DNA of 61,445 nucleotides, counting the filler, from Porpidia crustulata (taxonomy: Eukaryota), in NCBI GenBank assembly GCA_964255105.1. It is 5 parts of 5 records of this genome, joined end to end, with 100 filler letters (N's around TTAATTAATTAA, not from the genome) between each part and the next. Parts side by side here need not be neighbours in the genome. Positions count along the whole stretch, not along the records: positions 49,260 to 61,445 come from CAXUWE010000561.1; 4 more parts are not named here. The stretch is one strand, 5' to 3'. Of the stretch, positions 49,260-61,445 are shown in pieces; within the stretch, counting starts at the first letter, position 1, and each line of letters opens with the position of its first letter. Made by a program: the position numbers and the translations under genes. The notes below the pieces were generated by a model. It was not told where the DNA came from and made no database searches. It saw only the letters and a program-made list of their open reading frames with translations.

Positions 49260-51516
49260 GGTTGATTGGGGGAGTCTGTTAGAGGGAGTGGGAGGATTGA
49301 GGGTTGTGGATTGTGTGGGGTTTGAATGTGTGGTGGGGATGGGTTGGGCTGCGAGTCTTCGCTGTGATCCTTGCTGTGTAGATCAGCTCCTTGACCTCAA
49401 ACCTAATGCGGTACCTTCATCATGACCATCATTCCGTTGGCCAGCAGCCTCGCCAATCGCATCTTCCCCAGCACACCACCAGGTCTCTCCCTCCAAAACC
49501 CCTCGGGGAGGGAAGGTCTCTCCGTTTGTAGTGCAGTACCCTCAGAGACTAGTCTTTGTTTCCTCTCCCAACCCATCAATGATAGGAGCCAGGAGGGCAG
49601 TTGTTAAACGGACAAAGGAACATCCTCAAAAACCGCTTCCATCTCCTCCTTGAAGAAAGGTGGAGGAAAATTCGTCTGACGTAAGCCGGTGAGAGCTGCG
49701 GGAGACATTTATGTCGGCGCTCACCGTCGAACCCGTGTGATGTACATACGAGGAGGTGATTGACGCGTCTGGACGGGATTCGCACGAGGCAGACTACACC
49801 TGTGGCTGGTGCCGCGGTAGGTAGGTTTTGCCAGCGAGATGATGTGGTGGAATTGGGAGTGGACATAGGGGGACGAGAATGTAAAAGACTTGTCGATGTG
49901 AAGCATACGCGTAGGACGTCTTCATCTGGGGATAGTCCGCCTTGATGACTTGCTACGCCTAGACTGTGGGTCCCTTGCTAGACCTGTGCATACTAGGAAT
50001 TGATGAAGTGTACTGATCCAAGTCCCCACGCTTTTCGTTGCCCGCACTCACCTTCTCAGACTTGATGTAGCTTCGCTGGCCTCTGCACGAAATCCAAGCT
50101 ACCCGGAGCGTGACATCCTGCCGAGAGCTCTATAAGTTCAATACAGTATAGTCGTAAGAACCAAGAGCTTGGCCACAAGATATATGCGTTTCCTTTGTGA
50201 GCAAGAGACCTCGCAGTACAAGACTATCGTTATGCTTTGGGAGCAGTGAACGGTTTCCATGGATGTAATTTTCCGGCGAGTGGGTCTCTGCTGTAGCGTA
50301 GGCATGAAAGCCTAGCTTGAAACACATATGAATTGGAACCCTTTGTAGGCCAATCACGTGAAGTGATAGGACGGCTCGTAGCTAGTTCAGACGGGCAGAG
50401 AGCGTAGATAGGCTTCGGCAAATCCAAGCTAGCAAGTGCAGGCAGTGGTGGAAAGCAGACGACAAAGGTACTCGACGACAAAGGTACTCGACAACATGGA
50501 GCATGCTTTTTAAAACGGTTTTGCAAAGACCCCCACAGTCCAGAAGCAGCGCGAACATCGAGACGAGAAAGCGCCAGACTTGAGAAGATCCTGTAGACAG
50601 CACTTCAATGAGGTGCCCGGCATATCCTACCTGATGTCTTCCAATCATTTGACCCACGCAAGCATGAACAAAACATCCCATATGTGAACAGAGCATTAGC
50701 CCAGTAGAAGGTAATGAAAGCCCGTCCCCAAATGAGTGACGGCGCGCAGTACCCTCAAATCACTATCCCAAGGGATTCTGGACGTCATCCTCCTTTAGCT
50801 CCTTCCAACCCCTTTCAGTCACATTTCCGTGACCGAAGTTGACCGGATTTGTCCAGAGCCTGCAAGAGGACGACAGCTATAACCGCGAAACTGCATTCCT
50901 TAGGAGCGCGAACCGACGAGTACTTAGGGTTAAGTTCCGAAATCCATCCTCCCCTGTGTCACCTTGGTACAGATTTTGAGGTCTGCAGCCTACGGAGCAC
51001 GATATACCAAGAACCCATGTGAGACTGCTGCGAGGCTCGAGATTGGCATTTGTACTCGGCGGGCACGTGAGAACAGAGGGGCGTTTAGACATTCCTTGCA
51101 CGAGGCTCGGAGATGAATCTCGGGAGACTGTGGGGAGGGTGCACTGCTTGTATTGTGGAGAGCTCAATTAAGAGCGAGAGACGCGGAGGAGGAAGAGACT
51201 GTGGAGGTGGTGATGGGTGTTGCCGGTTCTGATACAATCGATGGCGAGGACCGACATGACGAGCGATCCAGTCAATATGAAGAGTCTGTAGCAGGGCCGA
51301 GAGAAAGGACATTTGAGCTGCTGAAGGAGTAGGTGAGAGAGTAAGGTAGTATCGGTAAAGATAGTGGGAGGCTGGTTGACACGCATTCGCTGCTAGCGCG
51401 TTTCCTTCCGATACGCGTTTTCACGTGATGCTTATCTTATATCAAATGGTCGTTCCATCCATCTCTGTTGTTCATCACATCGCTATAAAACACACACAAA
51501 GTGTGATGTGACTGAC

Positions 51517-54500
51517 ATGGCTGCAGATGCTGAGCTTGCCATTGCAGCAGCATTTCTAGCCCCTGTGCTACAAAGAGGTAGCCTTGGGACGCGGTCGTTC
51601 TGCAAGCTCTACTGATTCAACGTCACAGAAAATATCATCGAGGCCAAAGGAAAGTCGATAGTGAGCATTTTGGATCCTGGAAAAGGAGATGCAGGCGCTA
51701 GAGACAGGGTCGTTTGTAAAGCTCTATTGATTTTCTTAAACATACATCATGCACTGGACCAAGCATCTGGTGAATCGCAGCAGTCAGATGTATCTCGGAA
51801 TCCGATTCACCGTAAGATCGTTGATGGCCTCCTAGATCTCATCTCCTTGGAGGGCATCTACCCTTGTCTCTCATCAGGCGTTGGTGTTCCGATTGAGCGA
51901 CGAGTAATGTCAGTCTTGAAGGACGGCATCATAACGAGGACATCCTCTGTAGAGGATGTCCAGGAAGCAAAAGACAAGAGGCTACTGGTCAGAATCATGG
52001 CTGACTTATATGATGTTGCATCTTGTAAAACAACTGGCCTAGTACCCGCACTCAGAGAAAGAACGATGGTAGATGTTATTGCTGGCCTAGGTGAGCTGGC
52101 TTACAATCCAGTGTACATTAATGACATATCCGGGGCGAAACATGTTGAACTACTTGAAGCTTTGCTCGAAACGTATGTAGCAATCTATTACTTATCGCCA
52201 TCAACGCTATCGATGAAAACTTGACATTTGAACGCCACTCATGTAAGCTAATTGGGTACTCAGGGTCCCGACTTCGACTCTACTTCCAACTTTGACTTCC
52301 CTCATTAGACCCACTACCCCATCATGGCTTTCTTCTCATCTATCTACCTTTTTGTCTCTGCTTCCGTTACGCTCTAATGGCGTGCAGCAGACTATCGGCT
52401 TCATTGCTAGCACCGTACCTCAAGAGCACTATCATTCTGAGAAGCAGAGCTTTACTCCTGATGGCAAGTCTCGCGATTCAATTTTTTCTCTAGAGATCCT
52501 CGACCGAGTCTCGAAGCTCTTAGTGGCGGTCCCAAGCACTTTGACGGCACATGCATACTTCTCTGCGCTGGGACCTCAACTTCTCCAATTGCTTGATGGT
52601 CAAGATATTGGTATGAAACGAGCGGCCGCTTACATCATTGGCAACGGTATCCTTGGACGGCGCAAATATGGATCGTCTGGAACTGTTGGATGGGAGGTCT
52701 TCGCCCAGCCGATTATTGGAGCAATTGACCCGGAACGAAATGGGATAAGGGCATCGAAGAGTCCAGAGGGCCGTGGTAAAAAGCAAGGCAGTACTGTAAT
52801 TGTGTCCGAACCTTCACTCAGTCGAGCTTTAAACCGGTTGTCTTCCTTACTACTGCTACATCCTAATCCGGGCTTAACAAAGAGGCTTATTACGTCCCTT
52901 TTGCTTCCAATGTGGGGTCTTTGGTGTTACTCGAAAGAAGCTAGAAGATCCAAATGGGCTGATGAAATCTACGAATTGTTCTGTATTTACTTCAAGACTG
53001 CCGCAGGGGTGGAGCAATTTATTTGCTTGATCGACCAATTGCGGTGGGATGGAGGTATACTATGGACGTATGGGGCCGGTCCAGACGGTGGTATCGAGAT
53101 TCGTGAACGTTTAGAGGCTTCGTATGAGGGTCCAAACGTCGTTGCAATTGTAGAGAATATTGATCGCCGTTTGCATGAAGTAACGCGATTGCTGGCAGCG
53201 CAAGTGCTGAACGACGAGGGGATCAACACTTTGTTCCTACATGTTAGCAAGCACTGGTTACTTGGGATCCGAACAGTATCGAGTCCAAAGAGTCTGAAAA
53301 TGGACGATGAAACTATCGAAGAATCACTACTGCAAATCTTATACGCCAAGATGACCCAAAACATCCTCTCGAAATACAAAGATAAGATTGCAGCAAATCC
53401 GAATAAGATCATGGAACTCGTGGGTCAATTGCTGGCTGCATTCGCCGCCGAGAATAGAGATACTGAGCTCCAGAATTCAAAAGTGTCTAAACCTTCGATC
53501 GCCGGGCTGAGCAGTCTCTTGAATCCCGAAACAAACCGTAGCCTTGGATCAGATAGTCATCTTGTTACCAGCCCAGAAGAATCGATAGAAGTTGTTTCTC
53601 TAGCGCTTAATCTACTCCTCACAATATTACCTTCGTCCGATATTTCCCTGACTGCTGCCCTCGTTGACTTCGCTGATATGCGGCGTAATCTCAGCTACTT
53701 AATGACATCCCGCACGCTTCCAACTTCTTTGGTCTTTGCAGCCACAAGTATCCTTGCCCTGCTGGATCTAGAGAATCCGAATCCTTCATCCACGAAAATC
53801 GAGATGCCGGAATCGTTGAATCGCTTCGAAGCTGAGCGCAAGTCTCACGCTCTTGCGCTCACATACGTAGTTGACCCCCTACCTCCTGTACGAGCGCAGG
53901 GTATTGCATTGCTTACGGGACTTGTGAAGAAATCCTCTCCTGTTCTCGATGTTCCTTCGTCCGCGATCTTATTATTATCTCTCCTCCAAGACGAGGACGA
54001 ATATATCTATCTGTCAACCATACAGGCCTTGGGCTTGCTGGCATCCAAGCATCCAAAGACTGTAGTCAAGATGCTAGTGGATGACTATATAGACAATTCG
54101 GAAAGTAAAGAGCTTGACGTAAGGATCAGGGTTGGAGAGGCAATACTAAAGACTGTCAAAAATTTGGGTGGGGATTTGACAGGGGAGCCAGCTAGTCTGA
54201 TTGGTGAAGGGATGATCGCCATGGCGGGAAGGAGAGGTCAACGAGTTAAAGAAAGGGAGGCAAAAGCGAAAAGATCGCAACGGTATGCGAAAGCCAGAAA
54301 AGAGGTTAGTGACGCATGGGGCGGTCATGTACCATCACTTGGTGATGAAGTCGAAGATGAGATGATTCAAGGGCTAGCAAATAATGTGGAAGGCTGGGAA
54401 GGAAGTCAGGGGGAAGAAGACGTGCGGATGAGGGCTTCTTCCCTTTCCATTCTTGGGGTGGCTATAGAGACGAATGTTGCGGGGATAGGTCCCACAATTG

Positions 54501-54913
54501 TTTCTACAGCCTTGGATCTTGTACTTTCCATACTGAAGCTCGAAACCATCAACACAAAGGCGATACTCAGAAGAGCGGCCGTCCTGGTAATCATGAGCCT
54601 AATCAAAGCACTGGACACAGTAGACGAGAGAGGCAGCGATATCAGCCCTGGAATGGCGGGAGAGAATCTCTTGGAAGTGATATCGGTCTTGCGATACGTA
54701 GAGGCAACGGACTCTGATGAGCTAGTGGTTGGGCACGTCAGAGTAGTGATCGAAAGTCTGGAGACGTGGCAGTCAGAGTCAATACTCGGCATGCCTCGGT
54801 CGATCCTGGACTCCAACCCAAGGGTCAGCGTCAAGAGAGGGCAGCTGGCGGGCCTATCAGTGGTTCCGGAAGTATCAATAGCATCTCGGCCTAGCATTGA
54901 AGAGATTGGATAG
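51517..54913 (+). CDS. RTP1: RNA polymerase II assembly/import factor Rtp1 (TANGO6-like HEAT protein)
   Basis: LLDLISLEGIYPCLSSGVGVP, DPLPPVRAQG, LQDEDEYIYL, RIRVGEA, DVRMRASSLSI and LRRAA motifs. Confidence 0.85.
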
Positions 54914-55123
54914 ACAAAATTTTGCCTTTATTCAGATCGGGTATCTCAACGTTCCTCTGTTACATGTTGTCTGAGCTATGTGGTTGAAAATGTGTATGCT
55001 TGGCTTTTCCTGATCGCATGAGATCAAGCGCCTGAGCGCTATGCTCGAGCCGAGATATCAGGTTCAGTCTTGAAGGCGTTTCTAGCCATGTAGGGCTCCC
55101 AAAATCACTTCCCTCTCCATAAT

Positions 55124-55525
55124 TCATGAACCATCCATCTTAGTATCCTCCTGCTTCGCACCCTTTGCACCGGAGATCCATAGCACATTATTACATCTGT
55201 GTCAAATCAAACGGTTAGTAATCCATGAGACCAGCTGGAAAGCCGAATCATGACGAAACCCGTATTGCTAACCGTATCAGCACCTGACCTAAGCTCCCCG
55301 TGCTCTTGCCGTCAATAAATTCCTCCGTATTTGAAAGCTGAATATTCATATACGAATCCACGCTTATAAGCCGCCCTTTATATTCTGTCTGACCCCATTT
55401 CAATCGGATGATGACTTCCTCATTGACAAGCGACTGTAGCATAGGCCGCGGGTTTAAGGGAATAAACTATTGCAAACCGTTAGTAGGGCTTTCAGACGAT
55501 AGATTGGGAGGACACAAACACTCAT
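55124..55525 (-). CDS. SMX3: Small nuclear ribonucleoprotein SmF (3 exons)
   Basis: [46 protein letters not shown]...[13 protein letters not shown]. Confidence 0.93.
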
Positions 55526-55831
55526 GGTAAACGAGCGACGCCGGTCTTAGAATTTAGAGAGGACCACAAGTAATGTGGTCTTTGGCAACTGATAGTAACC
55601 CGAGGTCTTCAAAAATCCGTAAATCGAAATATGAAGGATAAACAATCCGCCGTGTCGTAAGGCTCAGGATTTGACGCGCGTGTATCATTGCGGCGGAAGG
55701 CATCCCACATTACCATTCGGGCCTCTCTGCAATTATAGCGGACATGATTCAATCTTTACCAACTGCTACCTGATTGATTGCGTACACCTTCCTGTGGTCT
55801 CTATGCCTGGCTAGCATACTAGACTGCGACC

Positions 55832-57426
55832 ATGGCTAACCAAACTCCTGCCGTTGTCATGGACAAGTATGTGACCATCTCCCCTCATAAGCTCCCCGCT
55901 GCCTAGGCTTACCTTCAGCTAACATTGAATAGCGGTACAGGATTCTCAAAGCTAGGTGCGTAGAGACTTGTTATGCCAAGACTATGAATTGCTGCAATTG
56001 ACGACCCCTAGGTTTCGCGGGCAATGATTCCCCTTCGTTCGTTTTCCCCACGGCAATAGCAACGAAAGGAGGGCCAGGAGGAAGTGGTGGTTCAGGGTCT
56101 GGGAGACCGGCGGTCGCGAACAAGCCGTCGTATCTTACCGGGGGTGCAGGGTCTGGGGGTTCTGTATCGATGAAAAGAGGGACCGAGGACTTGGATTTCT
56201 TCATTGGAGACGAGGCGCTGGCTGCTGCAACCGGACCTGGTAAAAGTGGCTGCGGAGCTAGGAAAAGCATGTGAGCTGATACTGGAACAGGCTATGGCAT
56301 ACATTATCCCGTGCGCCATGGACAGGTGGAGAACTGGGCAAGTTCACAAATGCTATGCACAGCCAGTCAATTTTGTGCTAATCCTTATAGGATCACATGG
56401 AACGATTTTGGTCAAATTCGATTTTCAAGTATCTCAGAGTCGAACCCGAAGATCATTACTTCCTTCTTACTGAACCTGTGCGTAAGGAAACTATGCACTC
56501 TAATACCCAATTGACCTCTTTGACAGCCATTGAATCCTCCAGAAAACCGTGAGAATACCGCTGAGATCATGTTCGAATCCTTCAATTGCGCTGGACTCTA
56601 CATCGCCGTACAAGCCGTCCTTGCGCTAGCAGCATCATGGACATCCTCCAAAGTATCCGATCGCTCTTTGACCGGTACAGTCATAGACTCCGGAGATGGT
56701 GTAACACACGTCATACCGGTCGCTGAAGGCTATGTTATCGGTAGCTCCATCAAAAGTATTCCTATAGCTGGCCGGGATATAACATACTTTGTCCAATCTC
56801 TACTTCGAGATCGAGGGGAACCAGACAGCAGTCTTAAAACAGCTGAGCGGGTCAAAGAAGAATACTGCTATGTGTGTCCAGACATGGTAAAAGAATTTGC
56901 GAGATTCGATAGAGAACCTGATCGATTTATGAAGCACACAGTCACTTCGCCGAATGGGCGAAGAGTCACTGTAGATGTCGGATATGAACGGTTCCTAGCT
57001 CCTGAGATCTTCTTCAATCCCGAGATTTACTCGTCGGACTTTCTAACGCCACTGCCTACGGTCGTTGATGGTGTCATCCAGTCATCGCCCATTGACGTGC
57101 GAAGAGGACTTTACAAGAACATTGTACTTTCTGGTGGATCAACGCTTTACAAAGATTTTGGGCGACGCTTGGGACGTGATATCAGACATTTAGTAGATGC
57201 TAGAATCCGCGCCTCAGAAGCCCGGAGCGGAGGGGCCAAGAGTGGAGGCCTAGAGGTTCAGGTAGTGACACATAAACGGCAAAGACATGGCCCGTGGTTT
57301 GGAGGAAGTCTCCTTGGGCAAACACCTGAGTTCAGGAGTTATTGTCATACGAAGGCGGAGTATGATGAGATTGGTCCAAGTATTGTCAGACGCTTTGCAC
57401 TTCTGGGCGGACCCGGGAGTACATGA
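55832..57426 (+). CDS. ARP3: Actin-related protein 3 (Arp2/3 complex)
   Basis: [12 protein letters not shown]...[13 protein letters not shown]...[18 protein letters not shown]...[18 protein letters not shown]; multiple 5' introns. Confidence 0.97.
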
Positions 57427-58141
57427 ACTGTACAATATATATGCAGATCAACATCTTCAAGATGCAAAATCAAGCGCCTTTCCAAGCAATTACATCGCGG
57501 CCGAGGGGCGGACCATACCCCGTTGGAGGGGTAAGGCGCACTGGACGGCTTACCATTCCATTTCTTGTAATCAAAAAGAGGCAGCCGATGCTTATGATGA
57601 CTTCGTGCTCTATGTACTGAGAGTTGTAAGCACCGAGCATTTGTTTATAGTCTCGACTAGATCGCGAAGTAGAAAGTCTTGCGAGTGTCAATATTGACTT
57701 GCCTAAAGTAGCTACTGCGGAACTTGCCACCGCGAAGCCGACCTTTTACTCCTGTTGCTATTGTAAGCCCCACCTCTTTCGAGACCCCTTCTCCGTAAAA
57801 GCTTGGCGCTCGGGGAAGGAGAGCTCTTTTCATAAAATTGTTACGAGTATGCCAATTAAAAATGAACAAATTTCTTGTTGACAGTCAAACACCAAGGGCA
57901 GCCATAATTCCCTTTGACTTTTAGAGAGCTTCCTAGTTATCTCCTGTGCTAAGGGTACTGAGGCTCAGGTCGACCACATAGGACTCAGCCGTCATGACGG
58001 CCATAATGCTTTGACCATCTTACGCCACTGAAGCTCACTTTCTACGTTCACGACAATTGATCTTGACAGGTTTGGCCCAAATTCGGATCGAAGCATGCCA
58101 ATAGCATGACACAGCTACTCGCGTCCTCGAATTCGTCAGCC

Positions 58142-60237
58142 ATGCCTTCAGCAGAGAAGCGGAACTTCTCCGGCTTGTCTACTGCTTCGAAACAGACCAA
58201 TGGCTCCAACCATTTCCCGCAGAGACTCAAGAACTTCTTTAGGATCAACAGTCTGGGTAACAGTCCCAACGCGAATGCTGACACCCCAAAGTCGGAGAGC
58301 AAGTCATCCTTTCGGCAATCCCGTTTCCTTGGTGGTATAACTCGAAACCGATCCACAACAGTGGCTAGTGAAGGCAATCCGTTAGAAGATGGGATATCCC
58401 CTACCGCGTTTGCGAACCCCTATTTTGCACATCAGGGACCACCAACATTGAGACATCATAACGATGGAAGTGTGCCGCCTTCACCTCCGGATACACCCCT
58501 CACAAAGGTTCAAGCAGTGAGTGGAGCAAATGATCAGGCTACGGCAGCCAGCAAAGAAGAGTTGGCACGGAAATTGAGACGTGTGGCATCGGCTCCGAAC
58601 GCTCAAGGCTTGTTCCAAGTTCCGGACCCGGAGAAAAGACCAGGCACTGCTGAAATGGGCAAGCAGCCTTTAGCACAACATCCCGACGATGCTACATTGA
58701 GTATGGTCGAAGCGGACGGTATGAAGGGGCATATGCTATCAATCCCTAATAATATTGGTATTCCTTCGCCTGGACAGATTCGAAACTCTATAGCGTTCAG
58801 AAGAACGTATAGTTCAAATTCAATCAAGGTTAGGAATGTCGAAGTTGGGCCAGGAAGCTTCGATAAAATCAAGTTGATTGGAAAAGGAGATGTTGGGAAG
58901 GTATATCTGGTTCGAGAAAAGAAGTCGAGTAGATTATATGCTATGAAAGGTAGTTCATATGCCAGTATTCCGTTGAGTAGGAGCTTACACATACGTAGTT
59001 CTAAGCAAAAAGGAAATGATTAAAAGAAATAAGATAAAGCGAGCCCTTGCAGAGCAAGAGATACTGGCTACTAGCAATCATCCGTTTATAGTCACTCTAT
59101 ATCACTCGTTCCAATCGGAGGATCACCTGTATCTCTGCATGGAGTACTGCAGTGGAGGGGAGTTCTTCAGAGGTGTGTCAGGAAGCCAATTTCCCCTGTC
59201 TTCCGCTAACGCTCGTAGCACTTCAAACTCGTCCCGGAAAATGTATCCCCGAAGATGATGCAAGGTTTTATGCGGCGGAGGTAACAGCAGCACTAGAATA
59301 TCTGCATCTGATGGGCTTCATCTACCGAGATCTGAAGCCAGAAAGTAAGGCCAGTTATGGCTTCTATGAGAGCTCCAAGCTGATTCTAAAAGATATTCTC
59401 TTACATCAATCTGGCCATATAATGTTGTCAGATTTCGATCTCTCCAAACAGTCAGATCCCGGTGGAGCACCCACAATGATAGTCGGCCGCAACGGCGCAA
59501 CTCCTACCTCACTACCTACTATTGATACAAGATCTTGCATTGCTAATTTCCGCACAAACTCATTTGTTGGAACCGAGGAATACATTGCCCCAGAAGTCAT
59601 CAAAGGGAATGGTCATACAAGTGCAGTGGACTGGTGGACACTGGGTATTCTCGTGTATGAAATGTTATTTGGGACCACACCATTCAAGGGTAAGAACCGA
59701 AACAACACATTCGCCAACATTCTCCGCGATGATGTCCCTTTTCCCGAGGGCTCCGGTTCTCCTCAAATATCCAAGTACGTCCAATCTGATACTCGCTCGC
59801 TTGCTGTCCAAGCTGACCTAACGTACGCTTCAAGCCTTTGCAAATCTCTCATCCGCAAACTTCTCATCAAAGATGAACTTCGTCGCATCGGTTCCCGCGC
59901 CGGCGCCTCCGATGTCAAGACACATCCTTTCTTCCGCTCTACCTCGTGGGCTCTCCTACGACATATGAAGCCGCCAATGATACCACACCAAGGGCGCGCC
60001 ATTGACACCGTGAATTTCCGCAATGTCAAGGAAAGTATGAGTAGCGTAGACATAGGCAATGGGAAGAGTGTTTTGGAGAAGGCGGGGGGCCTCAGTGCAG
60101 CGAAAGGAGTGCCACTGGATAGTGGGTTAGCAACGCCGGCTGGGGAGCTGGCAGATCCGTTTGAGGAGTTTAACAGTGTCACTTTACATCATGATGGGGA
60201 GGATGGAGGGGGTGTACAGGACCATGGAGAGAGATGA
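58142..60237 (+). CDS. nrc-2: AGC Ser/Thr kinase nrc-2 / Fpk1-Kin82 family
   Basis: [42 protein letters not shown] and [14 protein letters not shown] motifs; alternative in-frame ATG at 58106. Confidence 0.92.
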
Positions 60238-61056
60238 TCTTAGGCAGAGCTTGTGGCTTTCTCAAAAATTTTGTACCAAAAAACCCCTTTCATGATGGTC
60301 AAGTGGGACGGCGTGTCTGGAGCGGTGGGCGGCGTTCAGCATGACAGCATCGATTTAGCTGCACGGTGTTTGATGAAATGGAAGCGCTGTGGCTTCTTCG
60401 CAAGGAGCGATGATGTATGCCCAATTGCGGTTGCACCGTCTCGGCTGTATCAAATGTGTTTCACCAGTGAGTAGTAAGAGTAATTGTAGCACCTCAGTAA
60501 GACTACTGTGTGAGAATGCTGCAATGATCTTTTGCAATCCCTGGTGCTTGAAAGTCGATATATTCTTTTCTGTTGGCGTCGGTAAACCCTAAATCCCGTG
60601 ATCGTCGTTGCCTGCATCTCCGCCACGAAACTATCTATCCTCTTACGCCTTACTCCATTATGTATGATAGATGCTATGAGTGGCGCTACACAGATGTCCT
60701 TCTTGAACATATTTGACAGCCTCCAGCTTCCGTCTTGAATCTTTGAATATTTGTCTTTTTTATTTCTCATAGCGCCGTCTACTTCTGTAGTCCATATCAT
60801 TTGATTTAGCTCAGATTCGTAAAAAACTTCATGTTATTTTTGAGCACTTTCCACACCAAGACGGTCATTGAGCCAGTCATTCTTGTAAATGTTCAAATCG
60901 ACTTAGTTGCACTGTACAGAAGGAGGTATTTAGGATTCTGGTCCGAAACTATTTGAGCAACACCTCTGAGTAGGATTTCTTGGCCAGGCTTTTTCTCCAA
61001 ATTATCTCAGTCAAATTGCATCTCCAGAAATTGTTATTTTCCATACCCGCACAACG

Positions 61057-61445
61057 ATGGATCCCCTTTCTATAACTCTCGGCGCTCTCACCTTGGCTCA
61101 AACCGGCACAACCCTCACCACCATACTCTTCGACCTTGGCAAAGACATTAAATCTGCCTCCGCTGCCATGGCCGAAGTCGCCTCTGACGTCCAACTCACT
61201 TCCACTCTGCTGACCGATCTCGCACACAAGCTGGAAACAAATGCCGACGGCTACTCCGACAATTTCCTTGTCAGCGCCAAGAATATGTGCGATCAATGCA
61301 AGGCGGTATTTGACGACCTTGAAGGCCTCGTTGGGAGGGACAGGGGCGTGGAGAGGATGGAGTGGCTGAAGAGGGTCGGATGGGCAGTCAAGGGGAAGAA
61401 GGGGGTTGGGGAGAAGCAAGAGAGGTTGAGGAAGCTGCAATTCAT
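61057..61445 (+). CDS. Fungal HeLo-like (HELL / STAND N-terminal) domain protein, 3'-truncated
   Basis: MDPLSITLGALTLA...IKSASAAMAEVASDV...L...C..VFDDLE...WLKRVGWAV...KQERLRKL; open to the window end and absent from the ORF track. Confidence 0.75.
   Translation, partial: MDPLSITLGALTLAQTGTTLTTILFDLGKDIKSASAAMAEVASDVQLTSTLLTDLAHKLETNADGYSDNFLVSAKNMCDQCKAVFDDLEGLVGRDRGVERMEWLKRVGWAVKGKKGVGEKQERLRKLQF

Noticed and set aside
49260..51400. Possible minus-strand spliced gene or relic, including a 16-bp tandem duplication GACGACAAAGGTACTC at 50458-50489
   Set aside because: Splice-like signals are present, but frames contain stops and no family was recognised; two repeat copies without spacers are not CRISPR-like
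60949..61440. 163-aa minus-strand ORF
   Set aside because: Antisense shadow of the plus-strand HeLo-like gene

Overview
Filamentous ascomycete (Pezizomycotina) genomic DNA with spliceosomal introns. The window is not one locus. It is five contigs of steadily decreasing length (12237, 12216, 12208, 12198, 12186 bp) joined by artificial 100-bp N44-TTAATTAATTAA-N44 spacers, so adjacency across gaps is not biological. Contig 1 is housekeeping: tRNA ligase TRL1, an ankyrin protein, an ODC-type mitochondrial carrier, RPS28 and DNA2. Contig 2 is accessory and decaying: a P450 pseudogene, a fungal PD-(D/E)XK nuclease-like gene, an OrsD/DUF3505-type zinc finger fused to a fungal TF domain, and two divergent SDRs (one broken). 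Contig 3 holds an uncharacterised protein, a GST-like pseudogene, TAD3, CYB2, a DUF202-like protein and PFK26. Contig 4 is the most interesting: a head-to-head TPR-CHAT protease / caspase-family (C14) protease pair, both carrying inactivating lesions, followed by a DUF6594-like membrane protein and a secreted protein with an HNH-like motif. Contig 5 holds RTP1, SmF, ARP3, an nrc-2/Fpk1-type kinase and a truncated HeLo-like gene. A family of short hairpin (MITE-like) elements carrying AGGGTTAGGG occurs in upstream intergenic regions of contigs 1 and 2. All calls come from manual translation and motif recognition; no database searches were run.
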